NCBI GenBank assembly: GCA_965225945.1
Contig: CBDDBZ010000019.1
Coordinates: 1 to 64,000, forward strand
Origin: Alphaproteobacteria bacterium
GTDB lineage: Bacteria; Pseudomonadota; Alphaproteobacteria; GCA-2731375
Direction: 5' to 3'
DNA length: 64,000 nt
Shown piece after piece: positions 51,616 to 63,038 of the stretch (position 1 is its first letter; each line of letters opens with the position of its first letter). Both the position numbers and the translations under genes were made by a program. Under the pieces are notes generated by a model. The model was not told where the DNA came from. It ran no database searches and worked only from the letters and a program-made list of their open reading frames with translations.

Positions 51616-53000
51616 GATTGAGCAACCTGATGTGTGGAAATTCGGAACGCCGTTGATCAGTCATCCTCTGCTTTCCAAGTGATGTAGGGTTTTTCGGTGG
51701 TTTCCCATTTCTCGTCGATTTCGACGAGGATGGCGGTGACCAGACGTTCGAGCGAGGCCTCGTTGGGAAAGACCCTGACCTTTACGGTGCGGCGCTTGAT
51801 CTCCTGCTGGATGGATCGCTCCATGGGGTTCGAGGTTCGCATGCGCTTTTGGTGGCGCTCGGGCAGGGCGAAGACGGCGAGGCCCTCGGGGATCGCCGTC
51901 TCCAGCCAATCGGCGAGCTTGGGGGCGCTGTCGCGGTAGGCCGCCACCAGATGGCCCAGCTCGGCCTCGGCGGCCTTGCCGTCGGCGGCGTTCCAGACCC
52001 GGCGCAGCTCCTTGCCGATGGCCTTTCGGATGGCGAGGTTGGGGGCGTGATGGATGGCGTTTTGAGCCAGATGGTACTGACAGCGCTGCCAGACGGCGCC
52101 GCCGAGGACGGCCTTGCGCGCGGCGCCGAGGCCTGGATGATCATCGGAAACGATATAGGCGACACCGCGCATGCCACCGGCAACCAGGGTCTCCAGGAAG
52201 GCGCGCCAGTGCACTTCGGCCTCGGAGAGCGCACAGGAAACACCGAGCACCCGGCGGCGCTGGTCGGGGCCGATGCCGATCACCGAGAGCACGGCGGCGT
52301 CGCGCACCACGCCACCCTCTCGGACTTTCTCATAGCGCGCGTCGAGGAGCAGGTAGCGGATCTCGCCCAGCGGCCGGTTGCGCCAGGCATCCAGCTCCCC
52401 ATCCAAGAGCTTGGCGGCGCGGCTGACCTGGCTCGACGACAGGCTCTCCAGGCCGAACTCGCGCATCACCGCCTCGGCGTCACGGGTGGAGACGCCTTTG
52501 ATATACATCTCCGCCACGGCCAGCATGACAGCGCGGCAGGAGCGCCGTCCGCGCTCCAGGGCTTGGGGGTACGTTCCGCGGCAGGAGCGCCGTCCGCGCT
52601 CCAGGGCTTGGGGGTAAAAAGGCGCCTCATGACCGGCGGTCTTGGGAACCTCGAGCCTCACCGTACCGGCCGGGGTGTCGATCTTCTTGGGTCTGGTGCC
52701 GTTGGCGTATCCCCGCCGCTCGGGCGTGCGCTCATAGTGGCCGGCGCCCAAGAACCTCTCCCGCTCGATCCGCATGGCGAGATTGAAAAGGCCGGCGAAG
52801 ACCGTCGCCATGTTCTCGCTACCGCCTTCGATCAATTGTTCCACCAAAGCCTCGACAGCGCTATCCTGGTCTTTCCGCATACTGGTTCTCCATGTTTGTT
52901 TGGACGCTTTCATGGATAACCAAAATGACGGATCGCCCCGCGCCGGGGTATACCCCGGCGCGGGGCGAAGCCAAATTTCCAGACCTCACGCTACACAAGC
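51616..53000 (-). mobile_element. IS256 type C, full-length ORF 51657-52913 with an internal in-frame duplication
   Basis: LDARYEK, VSDDHPGL, QRCQYH and RTSNPMER motifs; YPQALERGRRSCR occurs twice. Confidence 0.93.
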
Positions 53001-53008
53001 GGCATTAG

Positions 53009-54894
53009 CGGCATTCCGGCTGTTCCAGGGTGCCTGCCGGCGAGGCATCTACGACAACATGAAGACGGCGGTGCAGACCGTCCTCATCGGCAAGGAGCGC
53101 GCGTTCAACCGGCGCTTCGTGCAGATGTGTGGCCACTACCTGGTCGAACCGACAGCATGCACGCCGGGAGCGGGATGGGAGAAGGGGCAGGTCGAGAACC
53201 AGGTCGGGATCATCCGCGGTCGGTTCTTCACCCCGCGGCTGCGCTTCAAGACCTACGACGAGCTCAACGCCTGGCTCTTGGACCAGTGCGTCGCCTACGC
53301 CCGGCGTCATCCCCACCCGGTGTTCAAGGACAGGACTGTCTGGCAGGTGTTCGAGGACGAGCGTCCGTCCCTGGTCGGCTATCGCGGGCCGTTCGACGGC
53401 TTCCACGCGGTCCCGGCGTCGGTGTCGAAGACCTGCCTGGTGCGCTTCGACAGCAACAAGTACAGCGTGGCGGCGCGCGCCGTCGGCCGTCCGGTCGAGG
53501 TCCATGCCTACGCCGATCGCATCGTCATCCGCCAGGACGGCGAGATCGTCGCCGAGCATGCCCGGCGCTTCGGCCGCGACCAGACCGTCTATGACCCGTG
53601 GCACTACGTGCCCGTGCTGGCGAGGAAGCCCGGTGCGCTTCGTAACGGCGCGCCGTTCAAGGACTGGGCGCTGCCCGGCGCCCTGGGTCGCGTGCGCGTC
53701 CGGCTCGCCGGCCACGACGACGGCGACAGGCAGATGGTCGAGATCCTCACCGCCGTGCTGGCGGATGGGCTGGCGGCGGTGGAGGCCGCCTGTGCCGAGG
53801 CGCTCGCTGGCGGCGTGTGCAGCGCCGACGTCGTGCTCAACATCCTCAATCGTCGGCGCCAGCCGTCCGAGACGGCGCCGATCCCGACGCCCGCGAACCT
53901 GCGTCTTCGCTTTGAGCCGGTGGCCGATTGCACCCGCTACGACCGCTTGAGGGGGGTCGGCCATGGAGCGCCATGAGGTCCTGGAGATGATGGCCGCACT
54001 CAAGCTCGCCGGCATGCGCGACGCGTTCGACGAGGTGCTCGCCGACGGCCTCAAGCGCCAGCATCCGATGCAGCGAATCATCGGCGAGCTGTTGAAGGCC
54101 GAGATCGCCGACAAGCAGGCGCGATCCATCAAGTACCAGATGAGTGGCGCCAAGCTGCCGCTGGCCAAGGAGCTGGCCGACTTCGACTTCACCGACACCC
54201 CGGTCAACGAGCCGCTGGTCCGCGAGTTGGCGGTCGGCGGCTTCCTGGCCAACCAGCGCAACGCCGTGCTGATCGGCGGCACCGGCACCGGCAAGAGCCA
54301 TCTCGCCGTCGCCATCGCGCGGGCCTGCATCCGCGATGGCGCCCGGGGCCGCTTCTTCAACGTCGTCGACCTGGTCAACCGGCTCGAGGCCGAAGCCCGC
54401 GCCGGCCGCCAGGGCCGGCTCGCCGATCAGCTGGCCCGGCGCGACCTCGTCATCCTCGACGAGCTCGGCTACCTGCCCTTCGCCCAAACCGGAGGCCAGC
54501 TGCTGTTCCACCTCGTCAGCCGGCTCTACGAGCGCACCTCGATCATCGTCACCACCAACCTGACCTTCGGCGAATGGCCGTCCGTCTTCGGCGACGCCAA
54601 GATGACCACCGCGCTCCTCGATCGTCTGACGCACCACTGCGAGATCATCGAGACCGGAAACGACTCCTGGCGCTTCAAGAATCGGTCCTAAAGGCAACCG
54701 ATCCACCTGCCGCCCGGTCGCCCAGGTGGGCCCACAGGAACCTCCCACGCGCGGTCCGCCGCCAGCCGCGTGGTGGGCGCGTCGGCCCGCGCGCGGGCCC
54801 CTCCTATGGACTACCTGTACGACCTCCGCCGTGCATCCCCAAAGGGGTCAACATTGCACGCCGATAGGGGGTCAATGTTCAACGCCGATTGACA
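53009..54894 (+). mobile_element. IS21 right part: 3' istA (to 53976), istB and right end
   Basis: GWEKGQVEN motif; right end GGGGTCAA repeats ending ...CGCCGATTGACA. Confidence 0.92.
53963..54691 (+). CDS. istB: IS21 helper ATPase IstB
   Basis: [16 protein letters not shown] and LLDRLTHH motifs. Confidence 0.95.
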   Translation: MERHEVLEMMAALKLAGMRDAFDEVLADGLKRQHPMQRIIGELLKAEIADKQARSIKYQMSGAKLPLAKELADFDFTDTPVNEPLVRELAVGGFLANQRNAVLIGGTGTGKSHLAVAIARACIRDGARGRFFNVVDLVNRLEAEARAGRQGRLADQLARRDLVILDELGYLPFAQTGGQLLFHLVSRLYERTSIIVTTNLTFGEWPSVFGDAKMTTALLDRLTHHCEIIETGNDSWRFKNRS

Positions 54895-55087
54895 GGACGG
54901 AAGCCGCAAAACCACGAAATCGTCGTATTCGGCCGTATGTCCTCGGCGAGCCGACAAGACTTTCATCGGGCGGATCGAAGGGGGGTTGATGTCCTCGGCT
55001 ATCACCTCCGGCAGGCCGGCGAGGAAGGGGTAGACGTCCGGCTCGCCGAAAAGGCGCGCGACCGCCCGCCACCGCTCCCAGCTCTTC

Positions 55088-56743
55088 TCAGCTCGTGTGC
55101 CAGCCGAACTGCTGTGGCTTGCGGCCGGCCGCGTGGTGCAGGCGGACATTGACCAGCGCCGGGCCGTCGAAGGCCATCGCCTCGTCCAGCATGCCGCGCA
55201 GGTCCTTCGGATCCTCGATATAGGCACCGAAGCCGCCGAAGGCCTCCATCATCTTGTCGTAGCGGGCGCCGATGCCGACGACGTGGGGCGGGATCTGGCC
55301 CTCGCTGGGATAAGCCTCGATGCCCCGCCCGATCCCGCCGTTATTCAGCACGACGATCTTCACCGGCAGCTTGTAGCGGCAGACGGTCTCCATCTCCATG
55401 CCGGAAAAGCCGATCGCGCTATCACCGGAGACGGAGATGATCGCCCGCTCGGGGTGCACGACCGCGGCCGCGATGGCGAAGCCCATGCCGACCCCCATGG
55501 TGCCATAGCTGCCGGCATCGAGCCTGAGGCGCGGTTGCTTGTTCGGCAACTGGGTCCGGCCGATATCCATGGTGTTGGCGCCCTCGCCGACGATCACCGA
55601 GTCCTCGCCGGCCCATTCGCGAATATCGCGCAAGGCGCGGTAGTAGTTGGTGGGCGCGGAATCGTCCTCCGTCATCGCCCGGATCGCCTCGGCGTTGGCG
55701 GCCGCCTTCTCGGCCATCGCGGCGTGCCAGGGGGTGTCGTCGGGATAGAACCACTGCCGGCCCTCCAGCGAGCGGTTGAGCTGTCCGACGATCGCCTTGC
55801 CGTCGCCGACCAGGGCCACCGCGGCCGGCACGTTGTTGCCGATCGCCTCGGGCGAGATGTCGAGCTGGATGACGCGAACGTCCTTGTCGAAGCGCGGCGG
55901 GCGACCGAAGTGCATGATCCAGTTGAGCCGCGCGCCCATCAGAAAGACGACGTCCGCTTCCCTGAGCGCATGGCTCCGGGCCGCGCCCACCGAGAGCGGA
56001 TGGTCGTCGTCCAGGACGCCCTTGCCGAGTGGCGAGGCGAGGAAGGGGAGGCGGGTCCGCTCGATGAAGGCGCGCACCTCATCCTCCGCGCGGGACCAGG
56101 CCATGCCCTTGCCGACGATGACCAACGGCCGTTTCGCCGACTCCAAGGCGTCGAGCGCCGCCTCGACGTCTTCCTGCATGGCCTGCGTGCGGGGCGGTTC
56201 GCCGACCGTCGCCACCGGGGGCGCATCGTCTTCCTCGACCTCGGCCCCGATGATGTCGTCCGGCATGTCGAGATAACAAGCGCCGGGCCGCCCGAAGATC
56301 GACTGGCGGACCGCCATTTCGACGTAGAAGGGGATGCGATGGGTGTGCTCGACCGCGTGGGCGAACTTGCAGAAGGGCGAGGCGATCTGCACCTGCCGCT
56401 CCTCCTGGAAGGCGCTCATGGCGTTCTGATAGGTCGCCGAGGCGCCACCGATCATCAACATCGGCCAGAAATTCTGCTGCGCGTTGGCGAGGCCGGCGAG
56501 GCCATGCACGACGCCCGGGCCGGAGACGGTGAGGCAGACGCCCGGCCGGCCGGTCATGTAACCCGCGGCTTGGGCGGCATAGGAGGCCGCCTGTTCGTTC
56601 CGCATGCCGATATAGGTGATGCCGAACTCTTGCGCCGCGACCGCGATGGGCGTCACGGGAAAGCCGACGACCCCGAACATGTAGTCGACGCCCTGTTGTT
56701 TGAGGCTCCGTGCCATCAACGTGGCGCCAGTGACCTTAGCCAT
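55088..56743 (-). CDS. ThDP enzyme of the 2-hydroxyacyl-CoA lyase / oxalyl-CoA decarboxylase family
   Basis: GVVGFP, MRNEQAA, AFQE, EGANTMDIGR, GDSAIGFSGME..NNGGI; C-terminal RKPQQFGW. Confidence 0.92.
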   Translation of the reverse strand: MAKVTGATLMARSLKQQGVDYMFGVVGFPVTPIAVAAQEFGITYIGMRNEQAASYAAQAAGYMTGRPGVCLTVSGPGVVHGLAGLANAQQNFWPMLMIGGASATYQNAMSAFQEERQVQIASPFCKFAHAVEHTHRIPFYVEMAVRQSIFGRPGACYLDMPDDIIGAEVEEDDAPPVATVGEPPRTQAMQEDVEAALDALESAKRPLVIVGKGMAWSRAEDEVRAFIERTRLPFLASPLGKGVLDDDHPLSVGAARSHALREADVVFLMGARLNWIMHFGRPPRFDKDVRVIQLDISPEAIGNNVPAAVALVGDGKAIVGQLNRSLEGRQWFYPDDTPWHAAMAEKAAANAEAIRAMTEDDSAPTNYYRALRDIREWAGEDSVIVGEGANTMDIGRTQLPNKQPRLRLDAGSYGTMGVGMGFAIAAAVVHPERAIISVSGDSAIGFSGMEMETVCRYKLPVKIVVLNNGGIGRGIEAYPSEGQIPPHVVGIGARYDKMMEAFGGFGAYIEDPKDLRGMLDEAMAFDGPALVNVRLHHAAGRKPQQFGWHTS

Positions 56744-56880
56744 GTTCTTCCTCCCATCTTGGCTCCGGCGCCGGACGGCGCCTCATGCTTAGCGTTGGCC
56801 GTTTGTTTAGCGGTCGGGTCCATGCTCTGTCAAAAGCCGGCCGCACGGCGATTCCGGCGCGCCTCCGCGCGCGGTTTCGC

Positions 56881-58918
56881 TCAGTCGTTTGCTAGCTCCC
56901 CCAACGCGGATTGCAATCGCGTCCAGGCCCCCTCGATCGAGGCTTCGTCGGCCGAGAGATCGGTTTCGCCGGCCTTGAGCGCCGTCTCGATCCGGCCGAA
57001 GAGGGCGCCGAACTCACCCGCGCCTGCATTTCTCGACGATCCAGCGAGGCTATGGGCGGCATCGGCGGCGAGCTCGATGTCGCCGTCGGCCCGCGCCGTC
57101 CGATATCGCGCCAACGCCTCCGCCGCCGTGCTTCCATAGAGCGCCAGCATTTCCTTGGCCTCGTCGTCCAAGGCGCCGAACAGTTCCGCGATGCGGGAGG
57201 TGTCGAGCACGACGTCGTCATCGCCCTCGCCGCCGGCCACGATCGAGATCGTGTCGTATCCGGACTTCATCGTTGCCGGTATCCAGCGTTCGAGCGCGCT
57301 CGACAGCACGGCGATATCGATGGGCTTGCCCAGGTAGTCGTCCATACCCGCGTCCAGATAGTGCTGCCGGTCGTCTAGTTGGACGTGCCCGGTCATCGCG
57401 ATTACCGGCGTCCGGCGTTCCGACCCCGCTTCCCACGACCTGAGGCGTTCCAGGAAGGTCAAGCCATCCATTTTGGGCATGGTGATATCGACCAGAACGA
57501 CATCGATGCCTCCGGCCCGCGCCATCTCCAACGCAACTTCCCCGTTCTCGGCGAGGCGGCAGGCGATGCCGAGCTTTTCGAGCTGCTTTCGCGCGAGGAT
57601 TCGATTGGCTTCGTCGTCGTCGACGACGAGCGCGGTCGCGCCGTCGTAATCCAGCGGTGCTCTCGGACGGTCGTCGGTCAGTCGCGCGAGCGTGTCCAGC
57701 AACCCGTCGGCCCTGACCGGCTTGGTCAACACGACATCCATGCCCGCCTGGAGGCAAGTCTCGAGCTCGGCCTCGATCACGCTCGCCGTTATCCCGACGA
57801 TCGGAAGATCGGACCACGGCGGGCCCATCCGACGGATCCGTCCCGTCGCTTCCAGACCGTCCATGATCGGCATGTGCCGATCCATCAGGATGATGTCGAA
57901 GCGTCCCGCCCGGGTCGCCTCGAGCGCCTCGACTCCGTTCTCGGCTTCGACCACCTGGTGGCCGGCGCGAAGCAACATTTGGTTGACGACCCGTCGATTG
58001 GTCGCGTTGTCCTCCACGTGCAGGATCGACAGCGGCCGCTTCGGCTCGGACGACGGCGCGAAGCGGGGAAAGCCGGATCGCGAGCTCTCGGAGGCTTCGG
58101 CGAGATCGTCGGCGGAGCTAATGGGGAAGCGGGCGGTGAAACGGAACGTGCTGCCCGTGCCCAGCTTGCTCTCCAGCGCGATCTCGCCGCCCATCATGGC
58201 GACCAGGTGGCGGCAGATCGACAGGCCCAGGCCGGTCCCGCCAAATTGGCGCGCGACGTCGAGGGATTCCTGACTGTAGGCAGAGAACAGCTTGGCCTGT
58301 GCGTCCTCGGCAATCCCCTTGCCGGTATCGACGACGGCGAATTCCAGCAGCGCGGTCTTATCGTCCGAGTCGGCGAGTCCGACCTCGACGCGGACCGAGC
58401 CCTGGTCGGTGAACTTGATCGCATTGCTGAGCAGATTGAGGACCACTTGGCGGAGACGATACGGATCGCCCGAGAGCACGTCCGGCACCTCCGGCGCGAT
58501 TTCGCCGGTCAACACCAGCCCACCTTCCAGGGCGCGCGGTTCCAAGAGGCGCACCGCGTCGGCGACGACACTTGCGACCTCGAAGGGGATCCGTTCCAAC
58601 TCCAGACCCTCCGCGTCCAGGCGCGCCATGTCGAGGAGATCGTCGACGACCCGCAGCAACGCACGGCCGGAAGTGACGATCACCTCGACACATTCGCTGC
58701 TCTCCTTGTCGAGCTTCATGTCTTGCAGGAGCTGAGCCATGCCCAGTACGCCGTTCATCGGCGTGCGGACCTCGTGACTCATCATGGCCAGGAACTCGGA
58801 CTTGGCTCGATTGGCCTCGTCGGCGCGCAGGCGCGCCGTTTCCTCGCCGGCATAGGACGTGCCCTGCGCGCTGGTGAAGACGAAGAAGATCATGACCACC
58901 GGCGCGATCGGATCGAAC
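56881..58918 (-). pseudogene. Hybrid sensor kinase (HisKA-HATPase-REC-REC-Hpt), separated from its N-terminal sensor/TM region
   Basis: MSHEVRTP, NLLSNAIKF, GGTGLGL, two REC domains, AHSLAGSS. Upstream TM part at 63039-63166. Confidence 0.9.
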
Positions 58919-59673
58919 CTTGCCTATCCGGTTATCACCCACACCCACTATATGTAGTGTGTCTCCTTGGACTGCAGGCAAGGGCCGGCGCAGGCGCATT
59001 GAGGAGGCGATCCGGCTAATTCTTGATTGTTCTGAAAACCGAACCGGAGTTTAATTCACGTCACGTACTTAACATCGGGGGACGGAACGGTGGCGACCAA
59101 GGGAAAAACGAAGAAACCCACGGCCAGACGGGAAGCTGCTGATGAAACGACATCGTCTGAGCGATTGACGGCACTAGTCGAAGAAAGCGACGCGCTGGCA
59201 CGAATCGTTGCGAAGAACCCGTCCGCGCCTGTTAGTCTCCTGCGCGTTTTGAGTCGCAGCGAAGACGAAGCGACACGCAAGAACGTGATCCTCAATCCGT
59301 TTACTTCATATGACGTATTGAGCGAACTTGAAAACCAGTTCACAGAGCTATTTGTGAATAATCCGGCACTCGAATCCTACAATTCAATGAAGCTCTGATT
59401 TCCTGGAATATTCCATCGGTGTCGTTCACCTCCGATTTCAGATAAATTTCAATGAAGTGACGGTCCTTTATGCAACGTGGCGTTTTGCCAAATCCGACTC
59501 AATGATTAGGATTTCCACCACGCTAAAGTGTCGCCTAAAAGGCGCTACAATGCCGTCCGAGTCCCTGCTCGGCATCGCCGGAGATATCTCCGCTTCGACC
59601 TGCACCGAGCTTTACTCAGGAAAATGGGTGCACACTACATATAGTGGGTGTGGGTGATAACCGGATAGGCAAG
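58919..59673 (+). mobile_element. Non-autonomous IS1595-derived cassette, copy 2 (755 bp)
   Basis: Perfect 43-bp TIR; passenger ORF 59090-59398. Confidence 0.93.
59090..59398 (+). CDS. LRV/HEAT-like passenger protein, copy 2
   Basis: Same protein as 21478-21786. Confidence 0.65.
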   Translation: MATKGKTKKPTARREAADETTSSERLTALVEESDALARIVAKNPSAPVSLLRVLSRSEDEATRKNVILNPFTSYDVLSELENQFTELFVNNPALESYNSMKL

Positions 59674-59700
59674 GAATGAAGATTTCATGTAAGATCGAAT

Positions 59701-60821
59701 CTTGCCTATCCGGTTAACGCCCATGACCGCTACATGTAGGGTGCCGCCACTCTCCCGAGTAAAGCTCGGCATAGGTTGGAGCAGAGGTGTCGCCCGCGAT
59801 GCCGAGCAATGAGCGGAAGGCGTTGAACGGGTAGAACCGCCTGTTGAAGCGGAAGGTGAACTCGTTGAGGTAGGCTTGTAGGTGCTGGTGGCTAACGCCG
59901 TGGTGGATACCGATCAGCCACGTCTTCAGGTTGGCGAAAACCAGATGGATGATCGGCAGGTATTGCTCGGCAACCTCTGGATCACCACACTCGGCAACAG
60001 CGAAGTGCTCATAGCCGCGCTTACCGAGGCCAGCATAGCCGCTCCAATCGTCAGTAACGATCAGCGATCCCGGCGCGACGGTGCTCTCGACGAACCCACA
60101 GAGCGACTCGGCGCTACGGTCGAGCACGACGGCGAGCCGAACGCGTCCGGCATAGCGTCCGTCTTTCCGGTTGTCGAGCTTGGTGCCCGGCTTTCGATGA
60201 CGCACCTCGATGGCACAGGAGACGAGAACCTTGTGGTGAACACCACGGCCTTCCCCACGCGTTCGCCCGCCAACCCAGGTTTCGTCCACCTCAACATGGT
60301 TCTTGGGCTGTCCACCGATCCTGTCTTGGTTGGGCCGCACCATGCCCGAGCGGAGCTTGTGGAGAATTTGAAAGGCCGTCTCGTAGCGCGAAAGACCAAG
60401 TTGCCGCTGAAACTGCACGGCGGACATGCCGGGCGTCTGACTGGCGACCAGATAAGCGGCCCAGAACCAGACGTTCAGCGGAGTGTGGCTACGCTCCATC
60501 ACTGTTCCCACCGTCAGCCCGGTGTTCTGGCGGCACTTGCGGCAGCGCAGGACGCCAGGGCGGTTTTCAAAGTGGAACGGCTCTCCCGCCGTGCCGCAGT
60601 GCGGGCAGGCAAAGCCGTCTCCCCAGCGGGCTTTCTCCAGGTAGGCGGCGCAGGCCGCATCATCGGGGAAAAGTCGCTGGAACTCGGGTACCCGTTCAAC
60701 GCCTTCCGCTCATTGCTCGGCATCGCGGGCGACACCTCTGCTCCAACCTATGCCGAGCTTTACTCGGGAGAGTGGCGGCACCCTACATGTAGCGGTCATG
60801 GGCGTTAACCGGATAGGCAAG
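59701..60821 (-). mobile_element. IS1595 derivative with two right ends (133-bp IR), start-less transposase, 8-bp TSD GATCGAAT
   Basis: IR 59701-59833 / 60689-60821; TSD 59693-59700 and 60822-60829; CPHCG..CRKC, VEVDET, VTDD and YLNEFTFRFNRR motifs. Confidence 0.92.
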
Positions 60822-61219
60822 GATCGAATCTTAGGCCATCTATTCGCTGAATGCTGTGATGGCCATCACATGCCGGCCATGGAATCGTGAAATTCGCCGT
60901 CGCGCGCCAGGCGGTCCGGCCGGTTGGGCCTGGGGCTGGGCGGCGACTTCGACCTAATTTCCGGGCGCGGGGACCGACTCGGCGGCGCGTCGAGGCCAGC
61001 GCGACGCGAACCGGGAAACCACCAATGGACATATCCCTCGCCCTCGTCCCGAAGCTACCATGCCCCGCCGGGTTGGCCGGGGAAGCGGGTGGCCGGTCGA
61101 TTCCGCGCCGGCGGATCACGCTCACAAGGAGGGATATCGTGCCCGAGGGACGCATCGTCTTCACCCGGATGGAGCGCTCTTCACCCGGATGGAGCGCGTG
61201 ATCTTCGGCCGGGCGGCGC

Positions 61220-61445
61220 CACGCTCGCCCGCGAAACCGACGAGGTCGACCGGATCCGCGCCGCGCTGGGCGACCGCTTCGCCGGCCTGGGCTTGCTGCG
61301 GAGCCTGGCCGAGGTCGGTGTCGGGCGGCACGACTTCGAGCTCATCGCGCGCAACACGATGAACGATTCCTGGACCTATTCGAACCCGAGGAAGATCGCC
61401 GGTCCCGAGGACGTGATGGGGATCCTCCACGCCGCCGCCGGGTAG
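61220..61445 (+). pseudogene. Iron-containing ADH / maleylacetate reductase C-terminal remnant
   Basis: GLLRSLAEVGV...YSNPRKIAGPEDVMGIL. Confidence 0.6.
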
Positions 61446-61453
61446 CCGCCCCG

Positions 61454-62283
61454 CTAGTCGTCCGCTTGCGCTAGCAGGGTGGCGTTGCCGCCGGCCGCCG
61501 TGGTGTCGATGCAGAGCACCTGCTCGTGGACGAAGGGGCGGAGATCGCCGCCCGTCTCCAGCGCGACGATTCCGCCCTCGCGCGCCGCCAGCGCGCGGCG
61601 CAGCGCCGTCAAGGGCCCCGCCTCGCCGCGCGCGACGAGACCGGCCAGGTGCGGCAGCGCGACCAGGTCGGCGGGGTCGAGCGGACCGGCGCGCGCGACC
61701 ACGGGCAAGCCGGCCTCCCCGAGACGGCTGGCGAGCGGCCCCGGGGGATCGATCATCAGCACCGCGTTGGCCAGCGCCAGCGCCCCCACCATCGCGGCAT
61801 CGTCGCCCAGGACCAGAAACACGCCACGCGGCCGTAGCGAAATCCGGTTGCTCTCTCCGGTCGGACCGGGGAGCTCGGCGGGCGCATCGAGCAGGGCCTG
61901 GGCGGCCTCCAGCGCGGCCGAGGGTTCCGCCATGGGGCTGCCCAGCAACGCCCGGAGCAGAGCCGGTCGATCCCCCCGCCGGGCCCAGTCCGGTTGCAGC
62001 AGGGCGAGACGCGCCATCTCGTGCCCGAGCGTCGCCGCCTCCGACAGCGTTCCGAGCACCAGGGCGATCCCGGGCCGGCAATCCGGGCGGCGGCGAAAGC
62101 GCGGCAGATAGTTGGGCCCGCCCGCCTTCGGCCCGGTGCCGGAGTTGCCCCGCCCGCCGAACGGTTGCGAGCCGACGACGGCGCCGATTTGGTTGCGATT
62201 GACGTAGAGGTTGCCGGCCTGGATCCGCTCGACCACCCGCTGCACCCGGCGGTCGACCCGGGTGTGGAGGCCGAAGGTCAGGC
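61454..62283 (-). pseudogene. putA: PutA C-terminal fragment
   Basis: LTFGLHTR, GNLYVNRNQIGAVVGSQPFGG, GTGPKAGGP, LPGPTGESN and IDTTAAGGNA motifs; cut at cassette copy 3. Confidence 0.92.
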
Positions 62284-63038
62284 CTTGCCTATCCGGTTAT
62301 CACCCACACCCACTATATGTAGTGTGCACCCATTTTCCTGAGTAAAGCTCGGTGCAGGTCGAAGCGGAGATATCTCCGGCGATGCCGAGCAGGGACTCGG
62401 ACGGCATTGTAGCGCCTTTTAGGCGACACTTTAGCGTGGTGGAAATCCTAATCATTGAGTCGGATTTGGCAAAACGCCACGTTGCATAAAGGACCGTCAC
62501 TTCATTGAAATTTATCTGAAATCGGAGGTGAACGACACCGATGGAATATTCCAGGAAATCAGAGCTTCATTGAATTGTAGGATTCGAGTGCCGGATTATT
62601 CACAAATAGCTCTGTGAACTGGTTTTCAAGTTCGCTCAATACGTCATATGAAGTAAACGGATTGAGGATCACGTTCTTGCGTGTCGCTTCGTCTTCGCTG
62701 CGACTCAAAACGCGCAGGAGACTAACAGGCGCGGACGGGTTCTTCGCAACGATTCGTGCCAGCGCGTCGCTTTCTTCGACTAGTGCCGTCAATCGCTCAG
62801 ACGATGTCGTTTCATCAGCAGCTTCCCGTCTGGCCGTGGGTTTCTTCGTTTTTCCCTTGGTCGCCACCGTTCCGTCCCCCGATGTTAAGTACGTGACGTG
62901 AATTAAACTCCGGTTCGGTTTTCAGAACAATCAAGAATTAGCCGGATCGCCTCCTCAATGCGCCTGCGCCGGCCCTTGCCTGCAGTCCAAGGAGACACAC
63001 TACATATAGTGGGTGTGGGTGATAACCGGATAGGCAAG
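62284..63038 (-). mobile_element. Non-autonomous IS1595-derived cassette, copy 3 (755 bp, inverted)
   Basis: Reverse complement of 58919-59673. Confidence 0.93.
62559..62867 (-). CDS. LRV/HEAT-like passenger protein, copy 3
   Basis: Same protein as 21478-21786. Confidence 0.65.
   Translation of the reverse strand: MATKGKTKKPTARREAADETTSSERLTALVEESDALARIVAKNPSAPVSLLRVLSRSEDEATRKNVILNPFTSYDVLSELENQFTELFVNNPALESYNSMKL

Noticed and set aside
6284-54894. IS21 halves at 6284 or 17321 and 53009 as one element split by a single insertion
   Set aside because: The istA pieces overlap by about 60-90 bp, far more than an IS256 TSD, and they abut incompatible IS ends.
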